Below are positions 19,015-29,022 of a stretch of DNA of 64,000 nucleotides, piece by piece. The first letter of the stretch is position 1. Every line of letters starts with the position of its first letter. A program made the position numbers and the translations under genes. The notes beneath the pieces were generated by a model that made no database searches, was not told the DNA's origin, and worked only from the letters and a program-made list of their open reading frames with translations. Origin of the DNA: a bacterium (GTDB lineage Bacteria > Electryoneota > Electryoneia > Electryoneales > Electryoneaceae); assembly GCA_963675295.2 (NCBI GenBank), contig CAXXKJ010000002.1, positions 4,064,001 to 4,128,000 on the forward strand, written 5' to 3'.

Positions 19015-21612
19015 CTATTTCTTTTTTGTTGATGTTCGCTTGGTACCGGTGCTCTTTTTCGCCGTCGTCTTCTTTTTTGCACCGGTCGCGCGTTTCGTCT
19101 TCGGCTTCGCGGCTTCGGGGGGAGCGTCCGGGTTAGGTTCCTTGTGCTTGCATTCCGGGCAGACGAAATCCGCACCTTTTTTCGTCATGATCGGATAGCT
19201 GCAGCTCGGGCAGGTCTTTTCCACGGGCTCATCCCAGAACGCAACGTCGCACTTCTTCTCCTTCCAGTTGGTGCAGGAATAGAAGAGCTTGCCACGGCGG
19301 GTGCGCTTGGCGACGATCGTGCCGCCGCAGCCCTCACGTGGACACGGAACGCTCACGTCGGGCAGGTTCGGCTGCTTGCCTTCCTCGCCCGGGATCGGTT
19401 CCGTATGCTTGCACTTCGGGTAGCGGTTGCAGCCGATGAACTTGCCGTTCCGGCCCATGCGGTAAACGAGATCGCCTTCCTCGCAGGTTGGGCACTTGCG
19501 ACCGACCATCTCCGGCTCGGCTTTCGCCTCGCCGTCCTTGCCGTTCTGCTTCTCGATGTACTTGCAGTCCGGGAAACGGTTGCAGGAGATGAATTTGCCG
19601 AACCGTCCCCAACGCTCGACCAGTTCCCCCTCCCCGCACTGCGGGCAGGAGCGACCGGTGGAGGTCATGGTCGATTTCTTGATCTCCGCTTTGTTCTGCT
19701 TGAAGTGGTCGATCGACTCACTGAACGGCTCCCAGAATTTGCGTACGGTTTCGGTCCAGACATCCCCCTCTTCCACCTTGTCCAGCGCCTCTTCCATCTC
19801 GGCGGTGAACTTGGTGTTGAAGACGTGCTCGAACTCGCGCACCAGCACGCCGTTGACCGTGCGGCCTAGATCAGTCGGCTTGAGACGGCGGTTGTCGTCC
19901 CGTTCAGTATACTTGCGGTCCTGGATCACGCTGATGATCTGGGCATACGTGGACGGCCGGCCGATGCCGAGTTCGTCCAACGTTTTGACCAGCGTCGCTT
20001 CCGAATACCGTGGCGGCGGCTGGGTGAACTTCTGCTCGGTTTCGATGTCGCTGATCTCAGCAGGTGTGCCGGGAGCCGGATCGGCTTTCGCCTTGCCGGC
20101 TTTCGCGGTCGCGCCTTCCATGTGCGTTTCACGGAACAGCGCTTCCGGCAGGTCTTCGTTGACCTCTTCCGCGTCTTTGCTGGCGGGTTGATCGTCCGCT
20201 GCAACTTCACCCCACAACCGGCGGAAGCCCGGGAAGATCAGACGGCGGCCGACGGCACGCAGCAGGTAGCCAGCGTCTTCCTTCTCAACCTCACCGCGCA
20301 GTCTGGCCTGCAACGCGGTATCGTCCGCATTCAGCTTCGGATCCTTCTCCTGCATCTTGCTGATGCGCTTGTTGATCGCGGACGTAACCAGCTCCGCGCT
20401 CAAATCGGCCGGGGTTCCGACACCGATGTCGACCGTGATGCCATCGAACAACGCATCCGCCATCTGGGTCGCGACGAAGCGGTTCCAAATCAATTCGTAA
20501 AGGCGGAACTCGTCTTTCTTGAGGTATTTCTTTACCGAGGCCGGGGTACGCTTGACGTCGGTCGGGCGGATCGCTTCGTGCGCGTCCTGCGTCTTCTTGC
20601 CCTTGCTCGAATACTGCCGCGCCTTCGGGCTGAGGTAGCTTTCGCCGTACTGGTCCTGGATGAAACCACGTGTTGCCTGCACGGCTTCCGGGCTCATCCG
20701 CGCACTATCCGTACGCATGTAGGTGATCAAACCGACGGTGTCATCGCCGAGCTCGATGCCTTCGTACAGGCTCTGCGCGACACGCATTGTGCGCTTGCCA
20801 CCCATGCTGAGACGGTGTGACGCTTCCTGCTGCAACGTGGAGGTGGTGAATGGTGCCCGCGGTTTCTGGCTGTTGATCCGGCGGCGGATCTCAAGCAACC
20901 GTGCCGGCAGGTTTTCCAGGTTGTCGCGAACCTGATCGGCGAGCGCCTCGGAGCCGATCTCGACATCCTCACCGCCCAGCTTGACCAGCTTCGTGCGAAA
21001 CGCAGCCAGGTTTTCCAGCTCAGCCATCGCGTGGAAGGTCCAATACTCTTCCGGTACGAAGGCTTCGATTTCCTCTTCGCGTTCCACAACCAGCCGCAGC
21101 GCGACCGACTGTACACGTCCCGCCGACAAGCCGCGCGCGACAACGCTCCACAGTTCCTTACTCACGAGATAGCCGACAAGCCGGTCGAGCACGCGCCGGG
21201 CCTGCTGAGCGTCCACCCGGTTCTGGTCGATGTCGCCGGGATGTGACACCGCTTCGAGCACGGCGTTCTTCGTGATCTCGTTGAAGGTGACTCGTCGAAT
21301 GTCGCCGTTCCGGTTCCCGAGCAGGTGAGCGATGTGCCACGCGATGGCTTCGCCTTCACGGTCAGGGTCCGTTGCGAGCAGCACCAGTTTCGCCTTGGAG
21401 GCGGCCTTCCGCAGTTGCTCGACGGTCTTCTTCTTCTCCGGGATGATCTCGTAGTCGGGTTGGAAGTTGTTGTCGATGTCAACCGCGAGAGATTTGTTCG
21501 GCAGATCGCGGATATGTCCGACCGACGCCTGAATGGCGTAGTCGTTCCCGAGATATCGCGACAGTGTTCTCGCCTTGGCGGGCGACTCAACGATGAGGAG
21601 TTTTGAAGCCAT
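19015..21612 (-). CDS. topA: DNA topoisomerase I
   Basis: IVESPAKA, ATDPDREGEAI, SAGRVQS, ITYMRTD, AHEAIRPT, C-terminal C4 zinc ribbons and Lys-rich tail. Confidence 0.98.
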   Translation of the reverse strand: MASKLLIVESPAKARTLSRYLGNDYAIQASVGHIRDLPNKSLAVDIDNNFQPDYEIIPEKKKTVEQLRKAASKAKLVLLATDPDREGEAIAWHIAHLLGNRNGDIRRVTFNEITKNAVLEAVSHPGDIDQNRVDAQQARRVLDRLVGYLVSKELWSVVARGLSAGRVQSVALRLVVEREEEIEAFVPEEYWTFHAMAELENLAAFRTKLVKLGGEDVEIGSEALADQVRDNLENLPARLLEIRRRINSQKPRAPFTTSTLQQEASHRLSMGGKRTMRVAQSLYEGIELGDDTVGLITYMRTDSARMSPEAVQATRGFIQDQYGESYLSPKARQYSSKGKKTQDAHEAIRPTDVKRTPASVKKYLKKDEFRLYELIWNRFVATQMADALFDGITVDIGVGTPADLSAELVTSAINKRISKMQEKDPKLNADDTALQARLRGEVEKEDAGYLLRAVGRRLIFPGFRRLWGEVAADDQPASKDAEEVNEDLPEALFRETHMEGATAKAGKAKADPAPGTPAEISDIETEQKFTQPPPRYSEATLVKTLDELGIGRPSTYAQIISVIQDRKYTERDDNRRLKPTDLGRTVNGVLVREFEHVFNTKFTAEMEEALDKVEEGDVWTETVRKFWEPFSESIDHFKQNKAEIKKSTMTSTGRSCPQCGEGELVERWGRFGKFISCNRFPDCKYIEKQNGKDGEAKAEPEMVGRKCPTCEEGDLVYRMGRNGKFIGCNRYPKCKHTEPIPGEEGKQPNLPDVSVPCPREGCGGTIVAKRTRRGKLFYSCTNWKEKKCDVAFWDEPVEKTCPSCSYPIMTKKGADFVCPECKHKEPNPDAPPEAAKPKTKRATGAKKKTTAKKSTGTKRTSTKKK

Positions 21613-21733
21613 GCCAACCTTTGCTGATGGTAGTCCAGGTACAACATGCCGAAAGGCAAAAACCGATCCACGGGGGACCGGCTGAGAAAATAGTCATGGA
21701 ATTGGCAAATGCCAGCCTTGATCTCGTCTCGGA

Positions 21734-21967
21734 TCAATCTGGAGACGATGCACCGCGAGACAGGGTGTCAAGTTCCCGAGCGCACGGGCAGTCCTCGGTT
21801 CCCTGCATGGCGATGATCATGTCCCACTGCTTGTTGAGCACGTCCGACGACACTGGAAGCTCGCCGTCATTCTCCGCACGAAGGTGCCGTTCCCAGACAT
21901 GCCGGCAGAGTGGCATCGGGTGTTTGTCCTCCGGCCAGAGGCAGGTCTTCCAGCTGAATTCGTGCAC
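21734..21967 (-). CDS. Possible small hypothetical protein between malQ and topA
   Basis: GTG start two bases after the malQ stop; ~77 aa with 4 Cys; no recognisable family. Confidence 0.3.
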   Translation of the reverse strand: MHEFSWKTCLWPEDKHPMPLCRHVWERHLRAENDGELPVSSDVLNKQWDMIIAMQGTEDCPCARELDTLSRGASSPD

Positions 21968-21968
21968 A

Positions 21969-23498
21969 TCAGTCGGTCTCGTTTTCGTCCACCCAGGTGC
22001 TCGGTGCACGTCCATACCGCCGGGCGAAGTTGCCCATGTGATCCGCCAGCCCGGAATTGAGCTGGTCATGGTTCACTCGCCAGCTCCAGTTTCCGGCGGC
22101 CTGCCCGGGGGTATTCATCCGGCCTTCGCTGCCGAGCGCGAGCCAGTCCTGCATCGGCACAATCGCGCTCACTCCCGGCGAGGCAAACGCCAGCCGGATC
22201 AACTCCTGCTCAATGTCGCCGGGATCGTGCCCAATGTACTCTTTCATATAGGAGAGACCCTCAGGTGTGGATTCTTGTTCCAACCAGCCACGGGTGGTGT
22301 TGTTGTCGTGCGTGCCGGTGTAGACGACGGAATCTACCGTGTGATTGTGCGGCAGGAAGACGTTGGACGGGCCACTGTCCCACGCGAATTGCAGTACACG
22401 CATCCCGGGGAAACCGAACGCCTTGCGCAACTCTTCCACCTGCTTCGTGATCACGCCAAGGTTTTCCGCGACAACGTTCACCTCACCCATCCGGTCGCGC
22501 AACGCGCTGAACAGTTCATGCCCCGGCGCGGGTACCCACTCACCGTTGACTGCGGTTTCTTCCTCCGCCGGGATCGACCAGCAGGCGTCAAAACCACGGA
22601 AATGGTCGATGCGGACGATGTCCACCAGCTCGAAGGTGGCGCGCAGCCGTGCCTCCCACCAGCTAAACCCTTGCGCACGGTGAGCGTCCCATTTATAGAG
22701 CGGATTGCCCCAACGTTGGCCGGTGGCGCTGAAATAATCGGGCGGAACTCCGGCGATCACGGTCGGATTGCCCTGATCGTCAAAGTGGAACAGGTCGCGG
22801 TTGGCCCACGCATCCGCGCTGTCATAGGCGACGAAGATCGGCAGATCGCCGAGGATCTTGATGCCCTTGCTGTTGGCGTGCTCGCGGACCTTCCACCACT
22901 GGGTAATCGTCTTGAACTGCAGCCAGCGGTGGAATTCGATGCGGTCGTGCAGTTCGGTGGCGACGCGCCCGAGCGCGTCCGGGTCACGGTCACGCAGTTC
23001 GGCCGGCCAATTGTTCCACGGCTGCCCGTCATGGAACGCCTTCAGCGCCATGAACATTGCGAAATCGTCCAGCCAGCCCTGGAACCGCTGCTTGAACTGG
23101 TCGAACTCTGCGCGTTGCTGATCATTGGCGTCCCGGCTGAACGCCTGAAACGCGAGATACAGCAGCTCGTTCTTCTTCGGAATCACCGAACCGTAGTCAA
23201 CAAACTCATGCGGCAGCTGGTGCAACGGCTCGAGATCGGAGGGAGCGAGTAACCCTTCGTCCCTCAGCCGGTCCAATGATATAAGGAAGGGATTCGCTGC
23301 GAAGGCGGAGAAACACTGGTACGGACTGTCGCCATACCCTGTTGGTCCAAGTGGCATCACCTGCCAGATGGTCTGTTCGCCCTCGGCAAGCCAGTCGATG
23401 AAACGATGGGCCTCGTCCCCGAATTCGCCAATGCCGTTCGCACCCGGAAGTGAGGTCGGGTGCAGCAGAACGCCGGAACGCCGTGTATTGTCAATCAT
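21969..23498 (-). CDS. malQ: 4-alpha-glucanotransferase (amylomaltase, GH77)
   Basis: RRSGVLLHPTSLPG, GVPPDYFSATGQRWGNP, RIDHFRGF, YTGTHDNNT, RMNTPG. Confidence 0.97.
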   Translation of the reverse strand: MIDNTRRSGVLLHPTSLPGANGIGEFGDEAHRFIDWLAEGEQTIWQVMPLGPTGYGDSPYQCFSAFAANPFLISLDRLRDEGLLAPSDLEPLHQLPHEFVDYGSVIPKKNELLYLAFQAFSRDANDQQRAEFDQFKQRFQGWLDDFAMFMALKAFHDGQPWNNWPAELRDRDPDALGRVATELHDRIEFHRWLQFKTITQWWKVREHANSKGIKILGDLPIFVAYDSADAWANRDLFHFDDQGNPTVIAGVPPDYFSATGQRWGNPLYKWDAHRAQGFSWWEARLRATFELVDIVRIDHFRGFDACWSIPAEEETAVNGEWVPAPGHELFSALRDRMGEVNVVAENLGVITKQVEELRKAFGFPGMRVLQFAWDSGPSNVFLPHNHTVDSVVYTGTHDNNTTRGWLEQESTPEGLSYMKEYIGHDPGDIEQELIRLAFASPGVSAIVPMQDWLALGSEGRMNTPGQAAGNWSWRVNHDQLNSGLADHMGNFARRYGRAPSTWVDENETD

Positions 23499-23707
23499 GG
23501 GTCTTCCTGTCTGGTTGAAACATGCACGCGGAAGGTAGAGTGCACGGTGCGGAACGAACAAGCGGCTTGTTTTGTTCCCACCCCGCTGCGAGGGGCGGAT
23601 CGAGCCGGGCCCGGTCCTGCACGGCACGACCCAACGACCTAACTTAAACGCAACGCATACCGTGGGGGATTCACGTGCCCCCGCATTCCACATGGAGGCT
23701 GGGAACG

Positions 23708-24493
23708 ATGAAACGGTTTTCGCTGGTGTTGGCTGCTTTCCTGCTGATCTCACTGCCCATTGCCGCAAGCGCGCAATTGTATGGTCCCGCATCCCGGGAT
23801 ACGGACTGGGCGCTGGAAGCGTCCGTCTTCGCCAATATGACTGAGTTCGATCTGGGACAGGTGAATGATCACATTACCAACGGATCGGTGTTTTATGCCT
23901 CACAAAGTGTTTATTCCCGGTATTCAGACGTCAGTGAATTTGAAAGTCGCGTGACGTTTGACATTCGGCTCGGTTTCAACTATAAGGGCATCTGTTTCGG
24001 AGCTGGGTACAATCCCATTGGCGAAGAAACAGGTGGATACATGCTGGACAACACCTTTGGCCAGGAAGTCCCCTACGAATTCAAGTATGATGGTCGTGAA
24101 TTCTATGGTTACGTCGGCTACATGTACGAGTTCAATGACTGGTTGTCAGCGGGTCCGATGATCTCATATGGTCATGGGACAATCAGTGGAACACTGACCG
24201 ATGCTGATATGGGCGCTGACAATGGCGAACTGTCGGGAGCGTATACGCCATTCCGGGCTGAACTTCGGGGACGTGTTAAACTGACACGTTATGTTTCAAT
24301 CGACCTTGGCGTCGGCATGCGAAACGGAACCGTCTCGGATCTGGAAGTCGACCAAGGTGTGGATGGTGTCTACGGTCTGCCGGAAGGCACCTACCCTGTG
24401 CAGGACTATCAGGATGAATTGATGGAAATGGACATGTCCGGGATGTATTTCGGCGGAGGGATCACGCTGCTGAACCCCTTCGGCGAAGATTGA
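23708..24493 (+). CDS. Outer-membrane beta-barrel protein (OMP-like), function unknown
   Basis: Signal peptide (AASA/Q); alternating aromatic/Gly beta-strands; terminal strand GMYFGGGITL. Confidence 0.7.
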   Translation: MKRFSLVLAAFLLISLPIAASAQLYGPASRDTDWALEASVFANMTEFDLGQVNDHITNGSVFYASQSVYSRYSDVSEFESRVTFDIRLGFNYKGICFGAGYNPIGEETGGYMLDNTFGQEVPYEFKYDGREFYGYVGYMYEFNDWLSAGPMISYGHGTISGTLTDADMGADNGELSGAYTPFRAELRGRVKLTRYVSIDLGVGMRNGTVSDLEVDQGVDGVYGLPEGTYPVQDYQDELMEMDMSGMYFGGGITLLNPFGED

Positions 24494-24648
24494 TTGTCAG
24501 AACAAACCTTCGGTGTTCTTGGGGTTTCTCCTTCGAAACCTTGGACCCTGACACGAGTTAGCTTTTTGTTGAATTGATCAAAAGTTGAGCAAGAGTTTGT
24601 CGCGAGCCCGACTCCGAGAGAGAACCGGGCTCCAAACGGGCTCCTCCC

Positions 24649-24675
24649 GCCGAACGTGAGAACGTTCGGCTTTTT
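24649..24675 (+). terminator. Intrinsic terminator
   Basis: GCCGAACGT-GAGA-ACGTTCGGC-TTTTT. Confidence 0.85.
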
Positions 24676-24859
24676 CGTGTCAAATAATCACATTTAAGTA
24701 TAATTAGTATAATTACGCGCCCTATCACCCAAATATACCAAAATCAGTAGCGTACTCCCGGAGATCTCTAATTATTTTTATCAGCATTATCACTATTGCG
24801 TTCCTGATTCCGGCGTGCTATTATGATATCAGAACGTGCAAGGGATCAGGAGCGGACAG

Positions 24860-25198
24860 ATGTCGTGGATGATAGCACAGCGGCAGCTTGGAATTTTTCG
24901 GAATATGCTGATCTACGCGGGAATGCGTCAGATTCCGAATCCTCTTCCTTTTCCCTACCTCGATCCGATTGATGAATTCTGGACCACGAAGCTAGTCGAA
25001 CGGTTTGCCGCGATGGACGCGGGGATTTTACAACAGCGGATCCTGGCGGCCACGCAGAAGATCGCTGAGGAGACAGCATGGGTGTACAACGCGGAATTGG
25101 CATCGTTGACGTTAGACGTGAATGAAGCCACAACCCTGGATCAACTCTATGGGGACTGGTTTGTCGAGATGATGCATCCCAGGCCCATAGCGGTTTAG
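24860..25198 (+). CDS. Hypothetical protein
   Basis: AGGAG RBS, 112-aa ORF after an AT-rich promoter-like region. Confidence 0.6.
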   Translation: MSWMIAQRQLGIFRNMLIYAGMRQIPNPLPFPYLDPIDEFWTTKLVERFAAMDAGILQQRILAATQKIAEETAWVYNAELASLTLDVNEATTLDQLYGDWFVEMMHPRPIAV

Positions 25199-25256
25199 GA
25201 AGTAGCAGTCACATGAATCTTGCGGTTGGTAGCAACCGCAGGTCGGGAGGTGAAAG

Positions 25257-26537
25257 ATGAAGTCGGCAAAAGTAGCAGTTTGGATTGCGATCGTTGTGCT
25301 GAGCCTGGTAAGCCTGGCGCACGCGGACAATGGGCAGATCTTTTCAAAGGAAGAAGTCTGGCAGATCGTGCCCGCGATGGAAGAGGGATTCTACAAGATC
25401 CAGATCATCCTCAAGCGGGGCTTGTATCTGGACCTCAGCCGGATCCCGGAAATTGAGCTGGATGACAACTGGAAGTTGCGTGATGGTTGGGGTCACAAGC
25501 TGACCATCCGCGAGATCACGCCAAAGGCGACGACCTCGGGCATTTCGCAGATCATCATCACGTTGAAGAAAGACCCGCTCAGCTCCGTCACGTTGGATTT
25601 CAAGAACAACCGTCTCGGTGTTGCCCGCCGCTTGAATACGATTGCGAGCGACGGTGGCCGGATCGCGTACACCGACCACGACGCGTTCTACACGCAGGCG
25701 TATCCGACGACTGTTCAGGTGGAGCGTGTGCTGGATCAGGCGGCGATGGTGTCGCTTTCCTATGATCTGCAGGCAGTGGTGATCGGGTATAACGCGTTGC
25801 GCACGTCGGAATTCAAGCCTTTCGCGTGGCGCTACCAGCTGAATCTTGGCTCGGAAGGTACGTTCGGCAGCTTGTCGCGTGTCCGGAATGGTACCGAATC
25901 CTTCCTCAAGGCGCAGGCGACGCGTTTCCACATGACCACCTTCAACCGCGCGCTGCAGGTTGAAACGTATGTCGGCTACCTGTTCGAGACGGCGCTGGAT
26001 CAGCGCACGGAGCAGATGCTGCAGGTGCGGAACAAGACCGTGGGCGCCGGGTTCGAGGTTGAAATCCCGTACACGAACTTCCTTGCCAAGCTCGAGCTGG
26101 ACAAGCAGATGACACGTGACGTCGCGCCGATGAGTTTCCGTTATGACCACTACTGGTCGGGCAAGGACCACCAGGGATGGAGCACACCGTCCCGGAATAT
26201 CATTGAGATTGACTGGGAGCTGCCGTTCTCGCGCTTCCTGATCCTCGATCTCGGGTATCAGTACAACACCTTCGCGATGCCGTTGCCGATTTTCGTACAG
26301 GGTGATGGCGGGGCGATCAGCCGGGAACGGATCCCGGATGCGTCCTACTACCACGTGCGTGTCGCGCAGGAGCTGGCGTTCCTCCTGGATGCGTTCGGCG
26401 ACATCCCGCTGCTGGACATCAAGGACTCGGCTTTCATCGCCAACAACTTCTTCTATTTCGAATATGCATCCGGCCGTCAAGCCCCGGCGTTTGAGAACCG
26501 GATCGAACGTAAAGTCGGAATTAGCGTTAGCTTCTAG
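25257..26537 (+). CDS. Hypothetical exported, probably outer-membrane protein
   Basis: Signal peptide (LAHA/D), host-like codon usage, C-terminal KVGISVSF resembling a BAM beta-signal. Confidence 0.7.
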   Translation: MKSAKVAVWIAIVVLSLVSLAHADNGQIFSKEEVWQIVPAMEEGFYKIQIILKRGLYLDLSRIPEIELDDNWKLRDGWGHKLTIREITPKATTSGISQIIITLKKDPLSSVTLDFKNNRLGVARRLNTIASDGGRIAYTDHDAFYTQAYPTTVQVERVLDQAAMVSLSYDLQAVVIGYNALRTSEFKPFAWRYQLNLGSEGTFGSLSRVRNGTESFLKAQATRFHMTTFNRALQVETYVGYLFETALDQRTEQMLQVRNKTVGAGFEVEIPYTNFLAKLELDKQMTRDVAPMSFRYDHYWSGKDHQGWSTPSRNIIEIDWELPFSRFLILDLGYQYNTFAMPLPIFVQGDGGAISRERIPDASYYHVRVAQELAFLLDAFGDIPLLDIKDSAFIANNFFYFEYASGRQAPAFENRIERKVGISVSF

Positions 26538-26722
26538 ATTCCAGCCGGTATCAGAAGTAACCTCCCAGCCCGCGCTGCCGCCCCTGCTGATGCAGGGTGC
26601 GGGTGGCGTGGGCTTTTCGTTTTCCTCCAGCTTTCCGAGCGTGCACTCCAGGCTCAACATGCCGGTGTAGATGAGGCGGAATCCTCCCCGGGAGCTGCGG
26701 TTCCCCATCAGATTTTGCTACT

Positions 26723-27634
26723 ATGCAGATTGACAAGGATTCTGAGACCGGACAGTCGTTGATGCCAATCCTGCAGCTGATGCGGCCCAGCCAATGGGTC
26801 AAGAATAGCCTGGTGTTCGCGGCGTTGATCTTCTCCGGGGCGTATCTCAACCCGGACGACTGGATCATCGCGCTGCTGGCGTTTGCAGGATTTTCGTTGA
26901 CCGCGAGCGGTGTCTACGCGATCAATGACGTGCTCGACGTCAAGTATGACCGTCTGCACCCGGTGAAACGGAACCGTCCGGTGGCATCCGGCAGAATCGC
27001 CCCGACTGGTGCGATCCTCATTGCGATGTTGCTGTTCGCTGCCGGGATTGGAATCAGTCTCTGGATCAACACTGCGGCGGCAGTTCTCACGTCAGCGTAC
27101 GCAGTGATGATGCTGCTGTACAGCGTGTGGTTAAAGCATGTGATGCTGCTGGATGTGTTGATCATTGCGATCGGGCTGACCATGCGCGCGGTGTACGGCG
27201 CTGAGGCGATTGAGGTCAGCATCTCGCACTGGCTGGTGATCTGCGCGTTTCTGATTTCGCTGATGCTCGCGTTGGTGAAACGGCGGCAGGAGCTGGTGCG
27301 TATCGGAGAGGAGCTGGACAAGGGCCGTCGCAGCCTGCGTTCCGCGCCGCCACTTTCGGCGTGGGATCAGTGGATCAATTCGATCGCCGGGATCACGATC
27401 CTGGCGTACATCCTGTACACGGTGGATGAGCGAACCCTCGCGCATGTGGGCTCCACTCACCTCCTGTACACGACACCGTTTGTGATCTACGGCATCTTTC
27501 GTTACCTCGGACAGGTGCAACGTACACAGACGGGCGAGGATCCCACCGATGCCCTGCTGAGGGACACGGGGATTCGCATCGCGGTGATTGGCTGGTTGGT
27601 GATGGTGTTGCTGGTTCTTGGAGGAACGATATAA
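26723..27634 (+). CDS. UbiA-family polyprenyl-phosphate phosphoribosyltransferase (DPPR synthase-like)
   Basis: MRP.QWVKN..VF, Y.IND..D...DR.HP.KR.RP.ASG, KR..EL, GEDPTD motifs. Confidence 0.9.
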   Translation: MQIDKDSETGQSLMPILQLMRPSQWVKNSLVFAALIFSGAYLNPDDWIIALLAFAGFSLTASGVYAINDVLDVKYDRLHPVKRNRPVASGRIAPTGAILIAMLLFAAGIGISLWINTAAAVLTSAYAVMMLLYSVWLKHVMLLDVLIIAIGLTMRAVYGAEAIEVSISHWLVICAFLISLMLALVKRRQELVRIGEELDKGRRSLRSAPPLSAWDQWINSIAGITILAYILYTVDERTLAHVGSTHLLYTTPFVIYGIFRYLGQVQRTQTGEDPTDALLRDTGIRIAVIGWLVMVLLVLGGTI

Positions 27635-27648
27635 GTGATGGACGAACA

Positions 27649-29022
27649 ATGACATTGTGGCATCAGGAAACAATCGCTGGCTGGGGACGGTCCCGTGTCA
27701 GCGTCACCGACGCCGGCGATCCACGCCGTGTGGAGGAATTGCCGGACTATGTCGCGGAGCGCAAGCATCTCGTCGCGCGTGGTCTCGGCCGCAGTTACGG
27801 AGACGCCTCGCTGAACACCGGCCAGGCGGTTGTCCGGATGGAATCCGTCGACCGCGCGGTGGACTTTGACCGCGAGCACGGACGGATCGTGTGCGAGGCC
27901 GGGATGAGTCTCGACGATCTGATCACGATCACATTGCCCTCAGGGTGGTTTCCGGCGGTTACGCCCGGAACACGGTATGTCACCGTCGGCGGCTGCATCG
28001 CGGCGGATGTTCACGGCAAGAACCATCACGTCGCGGGCACATTTTCGCAGCACGTGAACTGGGTCGAGCTGCTGACGGCGGACGGAAGCGTCATCCGTTG
28101 CAGCACGAAAGAGAACGCCGACCTGTTTCACGCCACCGCGGGCGGGATGGGGTTGACCGGGATCATCGTGCGCGCGTGCCTGCAACTTCAGAGCGTGGAA
28201 TCGTCGTACCTTATGGTTCGCCGGGAACGCACGCTGACCCTGCAGGACACAATGCGGGCGCTGGTCGAGGGCGATCAGGAGTGGGAAGCGACGGTCGCGT
28301 GGCTGGATGGCGTCGCGCCCGAGACCCGCATGGGCCGTGGCGAAGTGATCCTCGGCAGGCATGTTGGAGGCGACGAATTGCCGGAACGCCTGGCACGCAA
28401 CCCGTTCCGTTCGCTGGACGATCCGTTGGTCGACCTTCCCATCGACATGCCGTTGAACATGGTACATCGCAGTATGGTGCGCGCGTTCAACCAGTTTCGT
28501 TTCAGCCGCATTCAGGAAGGCGACAGCTTCGAAAACGTGCGCCAGTTCTACTACCCGCTCGATGTCGCCCAGGGATGGAACCGTCTGTACGGACCGCATG
28601 GCTTCCACCAGTACCAGTTCGTGATCGGGGATGACGACGCGGAGTCGTTGATCGGCGACCTGCTGTACCGGTTCCACCGCAGCGGGCTGGTGGCGTCGCT
28701 GGTGGTGTTGAAACGCTTCGGCGCGGAGAGTGGCTGGTTGTCGTTCCCGAAGCCGGGTTGGACACTGGCGGTGGACGCACCGAGCAACGTGCGCCTTTTC
28801 GAGCTGCTGGAGGAGTTTGACGAACGGATCGTGGCAGACGGCGGCCGGATTTACCTGGCCAAGGACAGCCGTTTGGCGCCTGACCGTTTCCGCCGAATGT
28901 ATCCGGAGTATGCCGGCAAGTGGCTGGAGGTGAAACGCAAATACGACCCGGAATGCCGTTTTTCATCCGACTTGTCGCGGCGGTTGCGGATCGATGACGA
29001 TGTGCTGGGGGACGGGGCATGA
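27649..29022 (+). CDS. DprE1-like FAD-dependent polyprenyl-phosphoribose 2'-oxidase
   Basis: GWGR, ARGLGRSYGDA, VTPGT..VTVGG.IAADVHGKNHH, YPLD...WNRLYG..GF.QYQ, GWTLAVD, GGRIYLAKDS, SDLSRRL. Confidence 0.92.
   Translation: MTLWHQETIAGWGRSRVSVTDAGDPRRVEELPDYVAERKHLVARGLGRSYGDASLNTGQAVVRMESVDRAVDFDREHGRIVCEAGMSLDDLITITLPSGWFPAVTPGTRYVTVGGCIAADVHGKNHHVAGTFSQHVNWVELLTADGSVIRCSTKENADLFHATAGGMGLTGIIVRACLQLQSVESSYLMVRRERTLTLQDTMRALVEGDQEWEATVAWLDGVAPETRMGRGEVILGRHVGGDELPERLARNPFRSLDDPLVDLPIDMPLNMVHRSMVRAFNQFRFSRIQEGDSFENVRQFYYPLDVAQGWNRLYGPHGFHQYQFVIGDDDAESLIGDLLYRFHRSGLVASLVVLKRFGAESGWLSFPKPGWTLAVDAPSNVRLFELLEEFDERIVADGGRIYLAKDSRLAPDRFRRMYPEYAGKWLEVKRKYDPECRFSSDLSRRLRIDDDVLGDGA

Noticed and set aside
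24494-24675. 6S RNA, SRP RNA or tmRNA assignment for the structured region
   Set aside because: Lacks the long closing rod of 6S, the SRP loop motif and tRNA-like ends; kept only as an unassigned candidate.
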